Assembly (NCBI RefSeq): GCF_030684315.1 | Contig: NC_081391.1 | Location: 13,493,342-13,557,341, forward strand | DNA: 64,000 nt | Reading direction: 5' to 3' | Source: Stegostoma tigrinum | Taxonomy: Eukaryota | Part shown: positions 36,582 through 50,300 of the stretch, piece by piece | How the letters are laid out: each line of letters starts with the position of its first letter | Position numbering within the stretch: the first letter of the stretch is position 1 | Translations under genes and position numbers: made by a program | Notes under the pieces: generated by a model | The model's input: the letters and a program-made list of their open reading frames with translations, nothing else | Told to the model about the DNA's origin: nothing | Database searches by the model: none

Positions 36582-37990
36582 TAGAAAATAGAACCTAGAA
36601 CAGTGCAGCACAGTTCAGGCCCTTCAGCCCACGATGTTGTTTCGAACTTTTATCCTAAACCCAAGGCCTATCTCACCTCCACTACTTTATAGTATCATCC
36701 ATATGTTTATCTAATAGCCGCTTAATTGCCCCTAACGAGGCCGAATCCACGACACTCTCTGGCAATGCATTCCACGCCCCAGCCACTCTCTGAGTAAAGA
36801 ATCTACCTCTGACATCCACCCTATATCTACCTCCACTCACTTCAAAACTATGCCCCCTCATAATAGCTAACTCCATCCTAGGAAAAAGTCCCTGGCTGTC
36901 TAATCTGCCTATACTTATGATCATTTTGTACACCTCTATAAAGTCACCTCTCATCCTTTGTTCTGAAGAGAAAAGCCATTGTTCTCTCAACGTTTCTTCG
37001 TAAGATCTTCCCTCCATTCCAAGCAACATCCTGGTAAATCTCCTCTGCACCTTTTCTAACACTTCCACATCTTTCCTGGAATGAGGTGACCAGAACTGGA
37101 CACAATACTCCAGATGTGGCCGAACCAGGCTTTTGTACAGCTGGAGCATAACTTCACAGCTCTTGAAATCAATCCCTCTATGAATGAAAGCTAACACACC
37201 ACATGCCTTCTTGACAACTCTATCCACCTGACTGGCAGCTTTCAGGGAACTGTGGACATGAAATCCGAGATCCATCTGCTCCTCCACACTGCCAAGAATC
37301 TTTCCGTTAACCCTGTGTTCTGCTTTCAAATTTGTCCTTCCAAAATGAATCACTTCACGCTTTTCAGGGTTAAACTCCATCTGCCACTTCTCAGCCCCAC
37401 TCAGTACCCTATCAATGTCCTTTTGTCACCTAGAACAGCACTCCACACTATCCACAAGTCAAATCACCTTCGTATCTTCCAAAAACTTACTAATCCGCCA
37501 TTCCACTCCTACATCCAAATCATTTACCAAAATCATAAGTAAAAGAGGACCCCGAACAGACCCTTGAGGTACACCACTCGTAACTGAGCGCCATGTTGAA
37601 TATTTTCAGTCAACTGTCACCCATGTCTTCTATGGGTCAGCCAATTCTGAATCCAATCTGCCACATTTCCCCCGTCGCATGCCTCCTGACTTTCTGCATG
37701 AGCCTGCCATGGGGGACCTTATCGAACGCCTTACATCAATCCATGTATCCCACATTCACTGATCTACCTTCATCCACACGTTTGGTCATCCCTTCAAAGA
37801 ATTCAATCAGATTTGTGAGGCATGATGTACGCCTCACAAATCCACACTGGCCATCACAAATCATACTGTGCCTGTGCAAGTGATCATTAATTCTGTTTCT
37901 TACAGCCCATCCCATTAATTTGCCCACCACTGGCATAAGACTAGCTGGCCTGTAATTTCCAGGGTTACCCCATTCCCTTTTTTGAACACA
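36582..37990 (-). mobile_element. 5'-truncated CR1 LINE (different subfamily), minus strand, upstream of copy 6
   Basis: ORFs 37736-38017 and 36682-37380 carry RPASL, SCLTNLIEFF and LVRPHLEYCVQFWSPH; tagaac tail repeats near 36582-36601. Confidence 0.9.
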
Positions 37991-38174
37991 TGAATAATAT
38001 TCAAACTTGTCATTCAAAGCTAAAAGATAGCACTAGACTGCATCCTGCTTTTTGAAGCAGATATTGAGTGAAAGTAACTTGCTTCCACCAATCTGTACAT
38101 CAGTGCTGTGACCATACTCGAACGTTCATTGGGGATCCTCAATTCCCAAAGCCCACATAGAAATATTTCCAGAA

Positions 38175-38380
38175 TTTGCACTTGTGCAGGAGGTCAAAGC
38201 TCATTCAGCAATTCCATCATCGACCAGGTGTCAATTCTGATCGGTTTCTGGATCCAATTCCCATCCTGCACTGATTGGACGTGGCAGCTGATCAATTGAT
38301 GAACGAGAGTGATTGACCATCACTGATGATGTCATTTCCTGCTCAAGAAAATAAAGGGCTGCTGCTCGAGTTAAAAAAAT
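38175..38380 (+). promoter_or_regulatory. Degenerating promoter of pseudogene copy 6
   Basis: Same block with mutated DR1 (aggtcaaagctca), second CCAAT lost (gattgacc) and TATA lost. Confidence 0.6.
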
Positions 38381-38475
38381 GTCCCAAGAGAGTGTGATGT
38401 TTATGGTGTAGTTGGTTATCTTTCCAAGTTTGTTATTTGATTTTGGAGGAAAAGGAAAGCTATTTTCTTAATAAA

Positions 38476-41400
38476 ATGGCCTCCCAGATTAGTCAGAACT
38501 ATCACCAGGATTGTGAAGCTGCTGTCAACAAGCAGATTAATGTGGAGCTCACTGCCTCCTATCTCTGTCAGTCTTTGGTGAGTTTAGTCTTGATGGAGTT
38601 AAAATTAAATCTATTCTGCAAAAATGAGCTGATCCTCTTGTTTCTAATTAACTTCATAGTCTTGTAGATTTGAGGTGTTTAAGTTTTTTTACTTTAAAAA
38701 TCATTTTGGGATAAATGTAATGCCCTTTGGGAACAATGGATTTTGATATTGATGTATAGTATCTAATTCACCAGCTGGGATTGAGTGATAGATGGAGGGC
38801 AAATTGTTCAGTGAATTATTTTACAATTTACTGCCAGGCCTTTGCCTGGTGGTAACTGTCATTTTCCTCCCCAGAATTGACCAAACTTTACTAAAATTAG
38901 ATGTAATGGTGTTGGGAGTTGTATGCACCCCTTGGCTAGTCATCCTGTAACATTTTAATATACCTTGATCACACTTACTTTGTGCTCTGATCCTAAATAC
39001 ACATCATGCCAGTTTCCATTCTGTGATGGAGAATGATGGCAGTGACTGGCTTCTCTGAGCATATGCACTTGTAACTTGCATTGAGGAGGCCTCAGATGTG
39101 GACTAGTTGGCTTTCTGCATTCTCAGTTCATGAATGGGCTGTTAGTGGTCAGGAAGTCACTTGTTGTCCATTCCTCCAATAGATCAATGCTCTCCTGTGA
39201 GTGCATGCACAGGGTGTCTAGAATAACCTGAGGTTTTTATTTCAATAAATATGAAGAAATGGGAAATGGCCCCTTTCTCCACGTAGTACTGTGCCCATGC
39301 CCTTCCAAAATGTCTACTTATGCATGTTGCAGCTCCACTTCTTGGGAAAAAGGGAGAATATTCATCCCTCATGGGGCTTATGTCTGAGAAGCATTCTCTT
39401 CCCACTCTGAGGATGAAATCCCTGTACCCTTCCCTTTAGCAGGTGGGAACAGCTATCACCAATAAGCCTGTTGGGTCTTAACTGTCAGTGGTGTCCCATA
39501 TCAATTGGGCAGCATGTGCCCAAACAACCCACTATTGTACATCTGTAAGATGCAGCTACCCAAGTAAAGTCAGAGAAAGTTGCATAACTGTTTTTGGACA
39601 AAAGAAACTTCTCAGTAGGATCAGTAGGAACTAGATAACCTGCTCTAACAAGGTGTAGAGCTGGATGAACACAGCAGGCCAAGCAGCATTGGGGGAGCAG
39701 GGAAGCTGATGTTTTGGGCCTGGACCCTTGAGAAATGGGGAGGGGAAGAGGTCCCTGAAATAGGAAGGGGTGGGGAGGTGGATGGATGAGGGATAAAGAA
39801 ACAGGTGGTGAGGAGACTCCGGTCTGAGGTAAGGATGGAGCCAATAAAGTCAAGTGAGTTGGGTAGGCCTGTCCAGGGAGGTGGGGATGGGGTTTGAGGT
39901 TGTGGGGGGGGAGGTGTGGGGAAGTAGGTGGGAGGAAGGATGGACAAGTTAGGGAGGTGGGGACTAGCTGGGCTGTGATTGGGGGAAGGGAGATCTTTCA
40001 GCTTAAGTCCTTACTGATACCATTGGGCTGCAGGGTTCCCAAGCAGAATACAAGGTGCTGCTCCTGCAACCTTTGGGTGGCATTGGAGGCCCAGAATGAA
40101 CATCAACTGTCCCCTCCTGCTCCTCTGGAGGGGAAGTAGTTTGTGACTGGGAGGTGCAGCTGCTGATCACGAGCCCAGCATAGGCACTCCACAAAGTGGT
40201 GTCAAGCCTCTGCTCGGCTTTCCTGATGTAGAGGAGGCCACGTTAGGAACAGTGGGTACAGTATACCTCACTGCAGATGTGTAGGTCCACTTCTTCTTGA
40301 TGTGGAAGGTCTTGGGGCCTGGGATGAGGGGAGGTGTAGCACAATCTGTGTGGCAGGAAAAAAGCCCTGGCTAGTGGAATGGACAAGGGAATCAGTGGTC
40401 TCTCCAGAAGGCAGCTAAGGTTGGGGAGGTAAAACATGTCTTTGTCAGATTGTAGATTGTATAAGTGCCAGAGGATGATGCACTGGATCCTGTCATTTGA
40501 GGTGGTACTGAAGGATGAGAGGATTCTGTTTTGGTTGTGTGTGGGATAAGATGCAAGACCGGTTGTGTTTTTCTTCCACTAAAGGGAAGTTACGCTCCCT
40601 CGGAAAACAAGGACATCTGGGAATGCCTCCCCTCGGGGCTGGAGGTGAAGGAATTGGATTAGGGGATGGCGTTTTCCTTCCACAGGAAGGTGGGTGAGGT
40701 GTAATCTAGGTCACTGTAGGAGTCAGTAGGTTTGAAATAGATCAAAGATTGATCGACAAACTTGAGGTTGAGGTAGAAGGTTCTAATGAATTAGAGGAAC
40801 CGTTCAAGCTCCTTGTGGGATGTAATGGAGGAAGATGTGGAGTTTATGGCCCATCTCCCTGTAGAAGGATTGTTCCACATATCCTAACAGAAGCAGGCAC
40901 AGCCTGGGCCCATGCAGGTACCTATGGCCACCCCCTTCCTCTGTAGGAGGTGGGAGGAATTGAAGGAGAAGTTAGGGGTGAGGATGAGTTGGCTAGTGGA
41001 CAAGGTTGTTGGTGAATGGGGACCAGTCAGGCCTGCAGGATGAGAGAAGCAGAGGGCCTTAGGCTATCTCCATGGGGAATGGATGAGGTTGGAGGCTGTG
41101 GGTGGGAGGTCATCTCCAGTGAAGTTGTAAATGGACGAGGAGATGGTTTGGTGGTCAGGGGTGGAGTCATGATCAAGGGCGGGGTGGTAGGAGGTATCGG
41201 CTGCTCTTCCACACAAGTATATGTGGCACTCCAGCTCCTGGCATTTCCTTAAACCCTGTTCAGTCACAAACTCCATCCAATTCTGATGGTGCTTAGAGTG
41301 GAAATGTTCTTCTCTCTACAGACAAGAACAGGCCTGGGCAACTCAGGTTTTTGTCAAGGAATTTTAAAAAGTGTTTGCCTGGTTACCAGGAGGAGGCGAG

Positions 41401-42868
41401 GGTTGTTTTTGATGATCCTTGAACTGGAGCCACTGGCTCATTGGACAATGGTTCTCATCCACCTTGATGTATTCAAAAAAGTCATGTTTATTGACTTCTC
41501 AATTTGATTGAAGGCTAAACCAGTCATGTCTGGCACCAATTGTATGATGCTTAATGGATATAACTTGTTTTCTCCCAGATGTCCTACTTTGACCGGGACG
41601 ATGTTGCCGTCCCCCATGTCTCCCAGTTCTTCAAAGATCAGTCCCAGGAGAAGCAGGAACATGCAGAGAAGCTGCTGAAATTCCAGAATCGGCATGGAGG
41701 CAGTCCTCCTCCAGGATGTGAAGGCTGGTGTTGGGTTTTTGGGGTGGGGGGAGTTGGGTGGTAGAGAGTGGCTGCTCCTCAGGGATGGCACAGTGACTCA
41801 GTGTTTCCCATGCATGCCTCAGTGCCAGGGATCCAAGTTTGGTTCTTGGTTCTAGGCTCCAGTGAATGACTGGAGTTGACTTATTCTTGCCATGTCCACA
41901 TTGGCTTCACGGTTCAATGACGTGTGGGTTAGAAGGATTGCCATTTAAAATGCAGGGTTACAGGAATAAGAAGGGACTTGTAGCGACGAATGTAGTGGCT
42001 GTACCTGCCGATTGGGGATGAATAAAATGATGTCGTGACCTTGGTTATTGTCACCATGACTCAAATAGCCTGTTCCCATGCTGCAGAGATTGTGAAGCTT
42101 ACCTGTCCTCTCTCCATCCGCAGAAGCCTGAGAGGGATGAGTGGGGTAACAGCCTGCAGGCAATGCAGGTCGCCCTGGATCTGGAGAAGAATGTGAACCA
42201 GAGTTTGCTGGATCTACACCAACTCGCCACAGCACAGACTGACCCTCATGTAAGCTTCACCTCCTCATTCACATCACTGCTAGACCCTCAGGGTAACATT
42301 TCATTGGTTGGTCTGTGTGGATTGGAAATTCACTGATGTAACACTTTCCATCCATTACTTTCCTGAACTATTGTAACATTGTAATCAGTATGATCCCAAG
42401 TGATCAATGAGGTATAAGGGGAATTTGATCTATAATCTAGTGGAAGTGCTGAAATGACGTTGGCCACTGAGTTCTTCATTAGTATCATTGCAGTGGAATG
42501 ATCATTGTCCATCACAATCCAACTCAGCTCCATTTCACAAACAGCAAGATGGAGCAGCTGACATGTTGTCCTCACTGGCACAAATTCTCCAGGTGTTAGC
42601 TCGCTTTTCAGGGCTGTCCAGAGCTAGTCATGGCTAAGTCTGTCTTGCAGAGGGAATTCTGAAATTGTCTTGGATAGTATAAATGTACCAAGTGTCATAT
42701 TCCTCTGTTGCAGCTGTGATTTTCCTGGAGACTCACTATTTGGATGAGGAGGTGGAGATCATCAAGCAACTCGGGGACTACATCACCAACCTGAAGCGCC
42801 TGGGAGCCCCTGAGAATGGGATGGGAGAGTACCTGTTTGACAGGCTCTCCCTGGAGGACAGCAGTTAG
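38476..42868 (+). pseudogene. Ferritin pseudogene, copy 6: exons 38476-38577, 41579-41723, 42124-42249, 42714-42868
   Basis: A 2-nt deletion in exon 2 (ggaggcagtcctc vs ggaggcagagtcctc) gives TGA early in exon 3. Also a 1-nt deletion at the start of exon 4, Y34C, a TATA degraded to ttaaaaaaat and a GC donor at exon 2. Confidence 0.88.
39645..41250 (-). mobile_element. Degraded Penelope-like retroelement in intron 1 of copy 6 (duplicate of 101-1725)
   Basis: Near-identical to 101-1725, including flanks. Confidence 0.65.
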
Positions 42869-45060
42869 TGTGGCCTGGAGTACTGTCTGCTTGGTCTGAA
42901 TGCATTCCCCACTTCACCCTGGGCAATCTGGCTCCATCCAGGGAGAAGGGGCTTGTAGCAAACAATGTAATGGCTGTACCAGCTGAATGGGAATGAATAA
43001 AATGTATTGATGTTGCTTATTGTCCATCATTGAGACCCTTGATATTAAAGAGCTTTTGAGAGCTTCAAGCCTGCAATTTTGGCTAATGAAATTATCAATA
43101 ATTTGACAAAATATTTCCCTGGTCTTCTCTCCAACACACCCCCGCCTCAGTCTCGGAAATCCCGAGGAACTTCCTCTGTTATGAATCCAAGTTATTCCTC
43201 CAGCCAGAGCATGAGGTTGGGGCCTGTGGGGTGTAAAATCACTTTGTACTATTATCTCACACCCAGGAATGATGAATACACGTGCAGCTAACATTTTGTA
43301 TTGTTTTCAAAAGAGAAAACACGCCTGCATGTGCAAAAGAAAGACTTGACACCCACTTTCAGAGAAACAGGGCTGTTGGATGCTTATTTTCACGTCTAGC
43401 TTGCATAGCAATAGCTTCCCTGTCAACCTCCACCAACCTAGACTGATGCTAAAGTCAACTGAAATCACAAGTTGATGCCAACATAAATTATGTGCGGGCT
43501 GGCTCAGCTTTCCTCAACAAGAGCTTAAGGGAAGAGATCCATCAGCGACCCCCCTCTCTAGCCTTGTGGAGGAGCCAGCAATGCTGGGAGCAATAATATT
43601 AAACTTAGCAACTGGGATCTGCCACACCTGGTCTATTCTACTCCAATCATTTTTATTACTTTGTGCTGAGAGTGCATCCTAGAACTTGAGGTTGGGGCCT
43701 GTGGGCAGGAAAATCACTTTTTGCTATTATCTCACAGCACGTACAATGAATACACATGCAGTTAAGATTCTCGGTGAGCCAGTTGAGGTTCAAGCCAAGA
43801 CCAGCCGTGTGCCCTGCTGACCACCGCCACCAACTGCCTGCCTCAGGACAGCCATCAGCAGTTGCTCACAGTGACCAGTTCATTTGTTCCTTCGCCTGAG
43901 GAATATGTGCTGCTCTCCCCGGGGATGTGGATTAAATACCCATTGTAGCTCGACAAGAGAATTCACACGGGGGGAACCGTTTGCCATGAGTAATCCAAAG
44001 CTGTCCTAATGTGGCTTTGCTCCATTTACTTTCTTGCTCTCTGCCAAGTCTTGGTCAAAAACCCCACCACGCCTAGTAATAAACTTCAGGCCGGCCAGCC
44101 CAGAGCTGGGAATATTCAGCACAAGTCTGCTTGAAAAAATTCACCTGAGCTGGATGCACTTAATGGCACCTACAGCAGGATAATAGTGACCTGGGAATAA
44201 CACAGCAACGCTCCTGGTTAAATGCTGCCATTTGATTGGCTCTTGCTGCTAAAGCCAGCATTGAGCCCACGAAGCTGCTCCCTTGGTTCCTCTGAGCTTC
44301 CCCCACGGGGAGGGTTACTCCTGATGCAGGTTGATTTCACCCGATCACATTGAAGGAGCAGTGTGACTCAGGGAGGAGAACTGGAGATGCTGACTTTCCT
44401 GAATGGCTGCTTCCTTTATCTTTCGAGGTGTCAGAGATCGTGGTTTAGGGTGGGGGCTGTCAGAGACATCCTGGGGAATGTTTCAGGGAGTTTTGTAGCG
44501 AGTGCACACTGCAGCCTTCACTGAGGTGTGGGTCTTTAAGGCACTGAATGTATTTGTTCCACCACATAAAGTGTTTTATTTTAAACAATCTTGAGTCTTG
44601 GCTGTAGAATCCCTGTCGTGCAGGAAGAGGTTTTTCAGCTCATTTCGTCTGCACTGATCCTCTGAACAGCATCTTGTTCAGACACACCCTGCCTTCTTAC
44701 GCCATCTTTCCCACGGCCAGTCCAAAATAAACTGCATGTCTTTGGACTGTGGGAGGAGGTCCACACAGGCACGGGGAGGATGTGCAGCCTCTACACGTGA
44801 CTGGAATTGACCCCAGGTCCCTGGCACGAGGGTTCAGTAATGCTAACCATTAAAATACCCTGTTTGCATACAATTAGAGTTAATGACTCATTCCATATGC
44901 AAACAGACCCTTCGGCTACTCCAGCATTATTCCTAACTTCAGTCTTATCGATGGTGGACAGACTCTGAAAAGTCTGATGTAGAGTTATTCACAACAGAAT
45001 TCCCAGACTCTGACTTGGTCTCAAAGCCATGAGCTCATTAATTAATTGCCCATGGTTTCT

Positions 45061-46248
45061 TAGAAAATAGAACCTAGAACAGTACAGCACAGTTCAGGCC
45101 CTTCAGCCCACGATGATGTGCCGAACGTTTATCCTAAACCCAAGGCCTGTCTCACCTCCACTACTTTATGCGATCATCCATATGCTTATCTAATAGCCGC
45201 TTAAATGCCCCTAACGAGGCCGACTCCACTACACTCTCCGGAAATGCAATCCATGCCCCGGCCACTCTCTGAGTAAAGAATCTACCTCTGACATCTCCTC
45301 TGTATCTACCTCCACTCACTTCAAAACTATGCCCCCTCATAATAGCTAACTCCATCTTAGGAAAAAGTCTCTGGCTGTCTAATCTGCCTATACTTATGAT
45401 CATTTTGTACACCTCTATCAAGTCACCTCTCATCCTTTGTTCTGAAGAGAAAAGCCCTCGTTCTCTCAACCTTTCCTCGTAAGACCTTCCCTCCATTCCA
45501 AGCAACATCCTGGTAAATCTCCTCTGCACCTTTTCTAACGCTTCCACATCTTTGCTGGAATGAGGTGACCAGAACTGGACACAATACTCCAGATGTGGCC
45601 GAACCAGGCTTTTGTCTAGCAGGAGCATAACTTCACAGCTCTTGAACTCAATCCCTCTATGAATGAAAGCTAACACACCACATGCCTTCTTAACAACTCT
45701 ATCCACCTGGCTGGCAGCTTTCAGGGAACTGTGGACATGAACCCTGAGATCCATCTGCTCCTCCACACTGCCAAGAATCTTTCCATTAACCCTGTATTCT
45801 GCTTTCAAATTTGTCCTTCCAAAATGAATCATTTACCAAAATCATAAATAGAAGAGGACCCCGAACAGACCCTTGAGGTACACCACTCATAACTGAGCAC
45901 CATGTTGAATATTTTCGGTCAACTGTCACCCATGTCTTCCATGGGTCAGCCAATTCTGAATCCAATCTGCCTCATTTCCCCCGTCGCATGCCTCCTGACT
46001 TTCTGCCCGAGCCTGCCATGGGCAACCTGATCAAACGCCTTACTTCAATCCATGTATCCCACATTCACTGATCTACCTTCATTCACATGTTTGGTCATCA
46101 CTTCAAAGAATTCAATCAGATTTGTGAGGCATGATGTGATCATTAATTCTGTTTCTTAGAGTCCTTCCCATTAATTTGCCAACCACTGGCATAAGACTAG
46201 CTGGCCTGTAATTTCCAGGGTTACCCCGATTCCCTTTTTTGAACACAT
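45061..46248 (-). mobile_element. CR1 LINE, duplicate of 36582-37990 with internal deletions, upstream of copy 7
   Basis: ORF 45161-45832 ([24 protein letters not shown]); same flanks as the 36.6 kb element. Confidence 0.9.
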
Positions 46249-47011
46249 GAATAATATTCACATTTGTCCTTCAAAGCAAAAAGATAGCACTAGACTGCAA
46301 CCTGCTATTTGAAGCAGATATTGAGTAAAAGTAACTTGCTTCCACCAGTCTGTACATCAGTGCTGTGATCATACTCGAACTATCATTGGGGATCCTCAAT
46401 TCCCAAAGCCTCACAGGCCACCAGTGCATGGGAGGCTGCTCCATTCAACGCAGTTGCTGAGCCATACATTCTACAGAATGTAATGTAAACAGGACCAGAA
46501 ACTCTCCACTTGGAAACATGCTGGACTTAAGCTCTCGATCTACTTCAAACAATTAAAAATCAAACTTTGCGATAGAAAGTTTGCATGTGCTATACATTTC
46601 CAGCAGCAATGTAGACAGGGAGGTGTGAGGTCTACTATGCAGGAGAGGCACTCAGCACATTTAGCGCCTTGCTTTTCAAACTGCACTTCATGAACCCAAC
46701 GTCAAGGAGATCACAGCAGATTCAGAATGGATCCACAAAGGAATGAGCTTCCTGTATGAGATAACCCAAAAGCACATTGTTTCTGTCGCTGCACAGCAAT
46801 AAGAAAATGTTTACTGTTAACAAAATCTGGCCATTTTTCAATGGGCTCCAACGCTGTTATTCAACAAGTACAAAGACTAATCCCTTAGAGTAACAAACTC
46901 ACAGAATTCTGCCAATCTGTGATGAGTGTGTCTTAAGATATAATCTCAGACACAATTGTGAACTTTTAGAGTATATTTTATTGTCATTTTCACATAGAAA
47001 TACTTCCAGAA

Positions 47012-47215
47012 TTTGCACTTGTGCAGGAGGTCAAAGGTCATTCAGCAATTCCATCATCGACCAGTTGTCAATTCTGATCGTTTTCTGGATCCAATTCCCA
47101 TCCTGCACTGATTGGACGTGGCAGCTGATCAATTGATGAACAAGAGTGATTGGCCATCACTGATGATGTCATTTCCTGCTTCATAAAATGAGAGTCTGCT
47201 CCTGGAGTATAAGTA
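47012..47215 (+). promoter_or_regulatory. Promoter of pseudogene copy 7, largely intact
   Basis: DR1 at 47028-47040, both ATTGG boxes, TGATGTCATTTCCTG and TATAAGTA at 47208. Confidence 0.65.
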
Positions 47216-47312
47216 ATGCCCCAAGGAGGTTATGTTTTTTTGTCTAGTTGATGTTGGTTCTAAATTGGTCACTTATGTTGTGAATAGAGTAAAACAAACT
47301 CCTCATCACAAG

Positions 47313-50300
47313 ATGGCCTCCCAGATTAGTCAGAACTATCACCAGGATTGTGAAGCTGCTGTCAACAAGCAGATTCATGTGGAGCTCACTGCCTCCTATC
47401 TCTATCAGTCTTTGGTGAGTGTTGTCCCTAGGGGGTTAAAACTTGATCTATGTAGTTGCAGTAAATGGTTTCTCTTGAATTTAAATAACTGGACACTCTC
47501 TCTGGTCGACTGAGTTTTGTGGTCCTTTCCTAAATATTAATTCAGGATAAGGGCAATGTTACTATACCAATGGGGTTTGATAATGATGTACTCTGATGCT
47601 GGGTCCCAGTTGGCATTTGGAGATATGTGGAGGTTTAAGTGTCCCTGGAGATATTTGCCAGTTTTGATTGGCAGTAGATGTCATTCCCTCTAAGATTACA
47701 CAGCAGGCTGAGCAGGATGGCTGATGTTTTGGGGCTTGGCCCTTCTGAAGGTGTGTCTAGGCCCAAAACATCAGCTTTCCTGCTCCTTTGCTTGGCCTGA
47801 TGTGTTCATTCAGCTCTACATCATTCTATCTCAAGGGGTAGAGTGTGTTTGGAAGTTGTGTTGAAGTAACCTTGGTGAGTGCTGCAGGGGACCTGGTAGA
47901 TAATGGACCCTGAAAGGAGGTGGTGAATGCAGTCCCCATCAAGTGGGCTGCTCTGTCCTGGATGGTGTCTGCTTCTTGCATGTGGCAGCTCCACCTCCAC
48001 AGACACATGGAGAAGCTTCATCACACTCAGCTTTTTTCTCTTAGAAAGAAGATGCCTCATGACAGATGGATGAAGCCTGTGTAAACTCCATTTGGGAGGT
48101 GGGTACAGCTTTCATTGGTGAGCTAGTTGATGGGTGTTAATTCCTGACCAGGGTCCCAATTCCCTTGGGGAACATGTGTGCCAATTCTAAAATCCTTCCT
48201 ATTCTCTCCTGCCACAGCTTGTCCCTACCCCAATTAAACAGCCAAGAAATTTTGTTTGACTGCTTCTGCTTCAAGAAAGTAACTTCCCACCAGGTTTCCT
48301 CAACAACAAAACCCTTAGCTCCTGTTTCAAATATCAGAAGAATAGCCCTTCATAAACCTCAAGGCATTGGATTGTGAATATCTCGGTTCGGAAGTGAGTC
48401 ACATATGGGTGGACAAACAACAGAACGCTGCCTGCTGGAATAAGCCAAACTCTGGTGTCCAGCTTTGTGTTAACTAGTGATGTTAGATCAGCCATTATCT
48501 GGAGGTACATGTCGCATTGGCCTGCTCCCCCTCTCCCTCTCCCCCCCGCGTGCTCTTGTGGTCATGTGACCCTTGTTTTCTCCCCCCCGACCCCTTCTGG
48601 ATGTGAGTGCACTAATTTTCGTGTGCTATAAACTATAGCTGCAACAATCCAGAGGCTGTTACTGGGTAGGTTTTCCTTTGCACTATCTTGTTGTCGCTTT
48701 CTCTCATTCGCCTCTACTATATCTTGTAGTAATAAAATATACCGTACACTATCTCCCTGGTTTTGAGGCTGCAGAAACCTTGCTTCCTCCTGGTTATATT
48801 GTTACAGCAGTGTCTAACATGCATTTCCATGCCAGCCCCAAAGGAGCAATAGTGTTGCAGCTCCGCTACTCAACTATAGCCTGCACTCCAGCTCCTGGTG
48901 CTTGTTTCAGCTGTTTTTTAGGCTCTAAATTTGTCCAATTCAAATGAAGGTTAGTGAGTGAAAACATGGCTGGATGCAAGAAGAGCTATAATGCTGTGCC
49001 AGACAGCCTGAGCAATTCACTGTTTTAAGCCAAACTTTTGCCAGTTTCCAATAGGAAATTGGGATTGTTGTTAGTTCCCAGTTGAAGGATCCGCTGGCCA
49101 GCTGGATATCAGCGGATTCTCAACCATGTTCACATACCACGCAGTTAACAGCTAACTGAGCAGTTAGCTTGCTGCAGAAGGCTGAACTAGAATTTGGAGT
49201 CAGTGCTGTGTTCAATGGGCTTTAACATGTTCTCTCCCTTCCAGATGACCTACTTTGACTGGGATGATGTGGCCCTCCCCCACTTCTCCCAGTTCTTCAA
49301 AGATCAGTCCCAGGTGAAGCAGGAACCTGCAGAGAAGCTGCTGAAATTCCAGAATCAGTGTGGAGGCAGAGGCTGAGTCCTCCTCCAGGATGTGAAGGTT
49401 GGAGTTGTGTGGGAGGGTTGCAGCTGTGGGGAAGAGAATGGCAGCTCTTGTGGTGCTGCTTCCTGTTGGGATGTAAAAATCCTCTTTTGGCCTGTCTTCC
49501 CTGTTTGATTTCTTTTGAAGGCAGTTTCTAAACTAGCCCTATTGTCCACCATGTCTATGCTGCCCACAAACCTCAAACTACATTAACACAATTTCCTTGC
49601 ACTTAGTCCCCAGCCTACTATCTTCTGGTATGAAGAAGTTGTTGAGATTAGGCTTAAATGTTGCTGGAGTAACTTCCTCCACTGACCCCTCAGGTCATGC
49701 ATCCCATACCTCTCCCACCCTCCATTATCCTCCAATCTCCTCAAACCTGTGCCATCTGGTCTTCATGTCTGCCACAGGGACTGTCTATTGTCCATGCTCC
49801 CTGATCTTCCACACTTCCATGAGATAACCATCCCAGTCTATCCAACCTCCCTCTCATCATTGTTTTTTTGTCAGTTTTCTTCCCCCATCTTGGGCCAACA
49901 TCCTGATGACCCTCACCTGTACCCCCTCCAGTGTCACCCTGTCCCTCTGATTGTGGTTCTGGTCACCACACTACATTCCATCTTTGGTCTGGCCAATGCT
50001 GCCATGTTTATGGCAAGACTCATCCTTTTTACTGATCCCCAACTCCTGGAGACCAGCATCATGTCAGCCCCTTCCCCACTCTGTCTACCTTTGCTGAACC
50101 TTGAGGGATGGCCTTGGGCATTTGTTGCTTGTCCCTTTTACTGTAAGCACATTGCTGCTCCCTTCAATGAATTAAACAGCAGTGATGTCTGATCATCCTG
50201 CTCAGACATGTATGAAGCCACTGGCACAGGTGAGACATAGATGCCTGGCCTGCAAGGTCCAGATTGGTACTCTACCTCAAGAGCCCTTGAGACTAAGGTG

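Noticed and set aside
41579-42868. -2 (exon 2) and -1 (exon 4) deletions in copy 6 as compensating frameshifts giving a novel protein
   Set aside because: The shifted frame hits TGA within the first codons of exon 3 (g|aa gcc tga).
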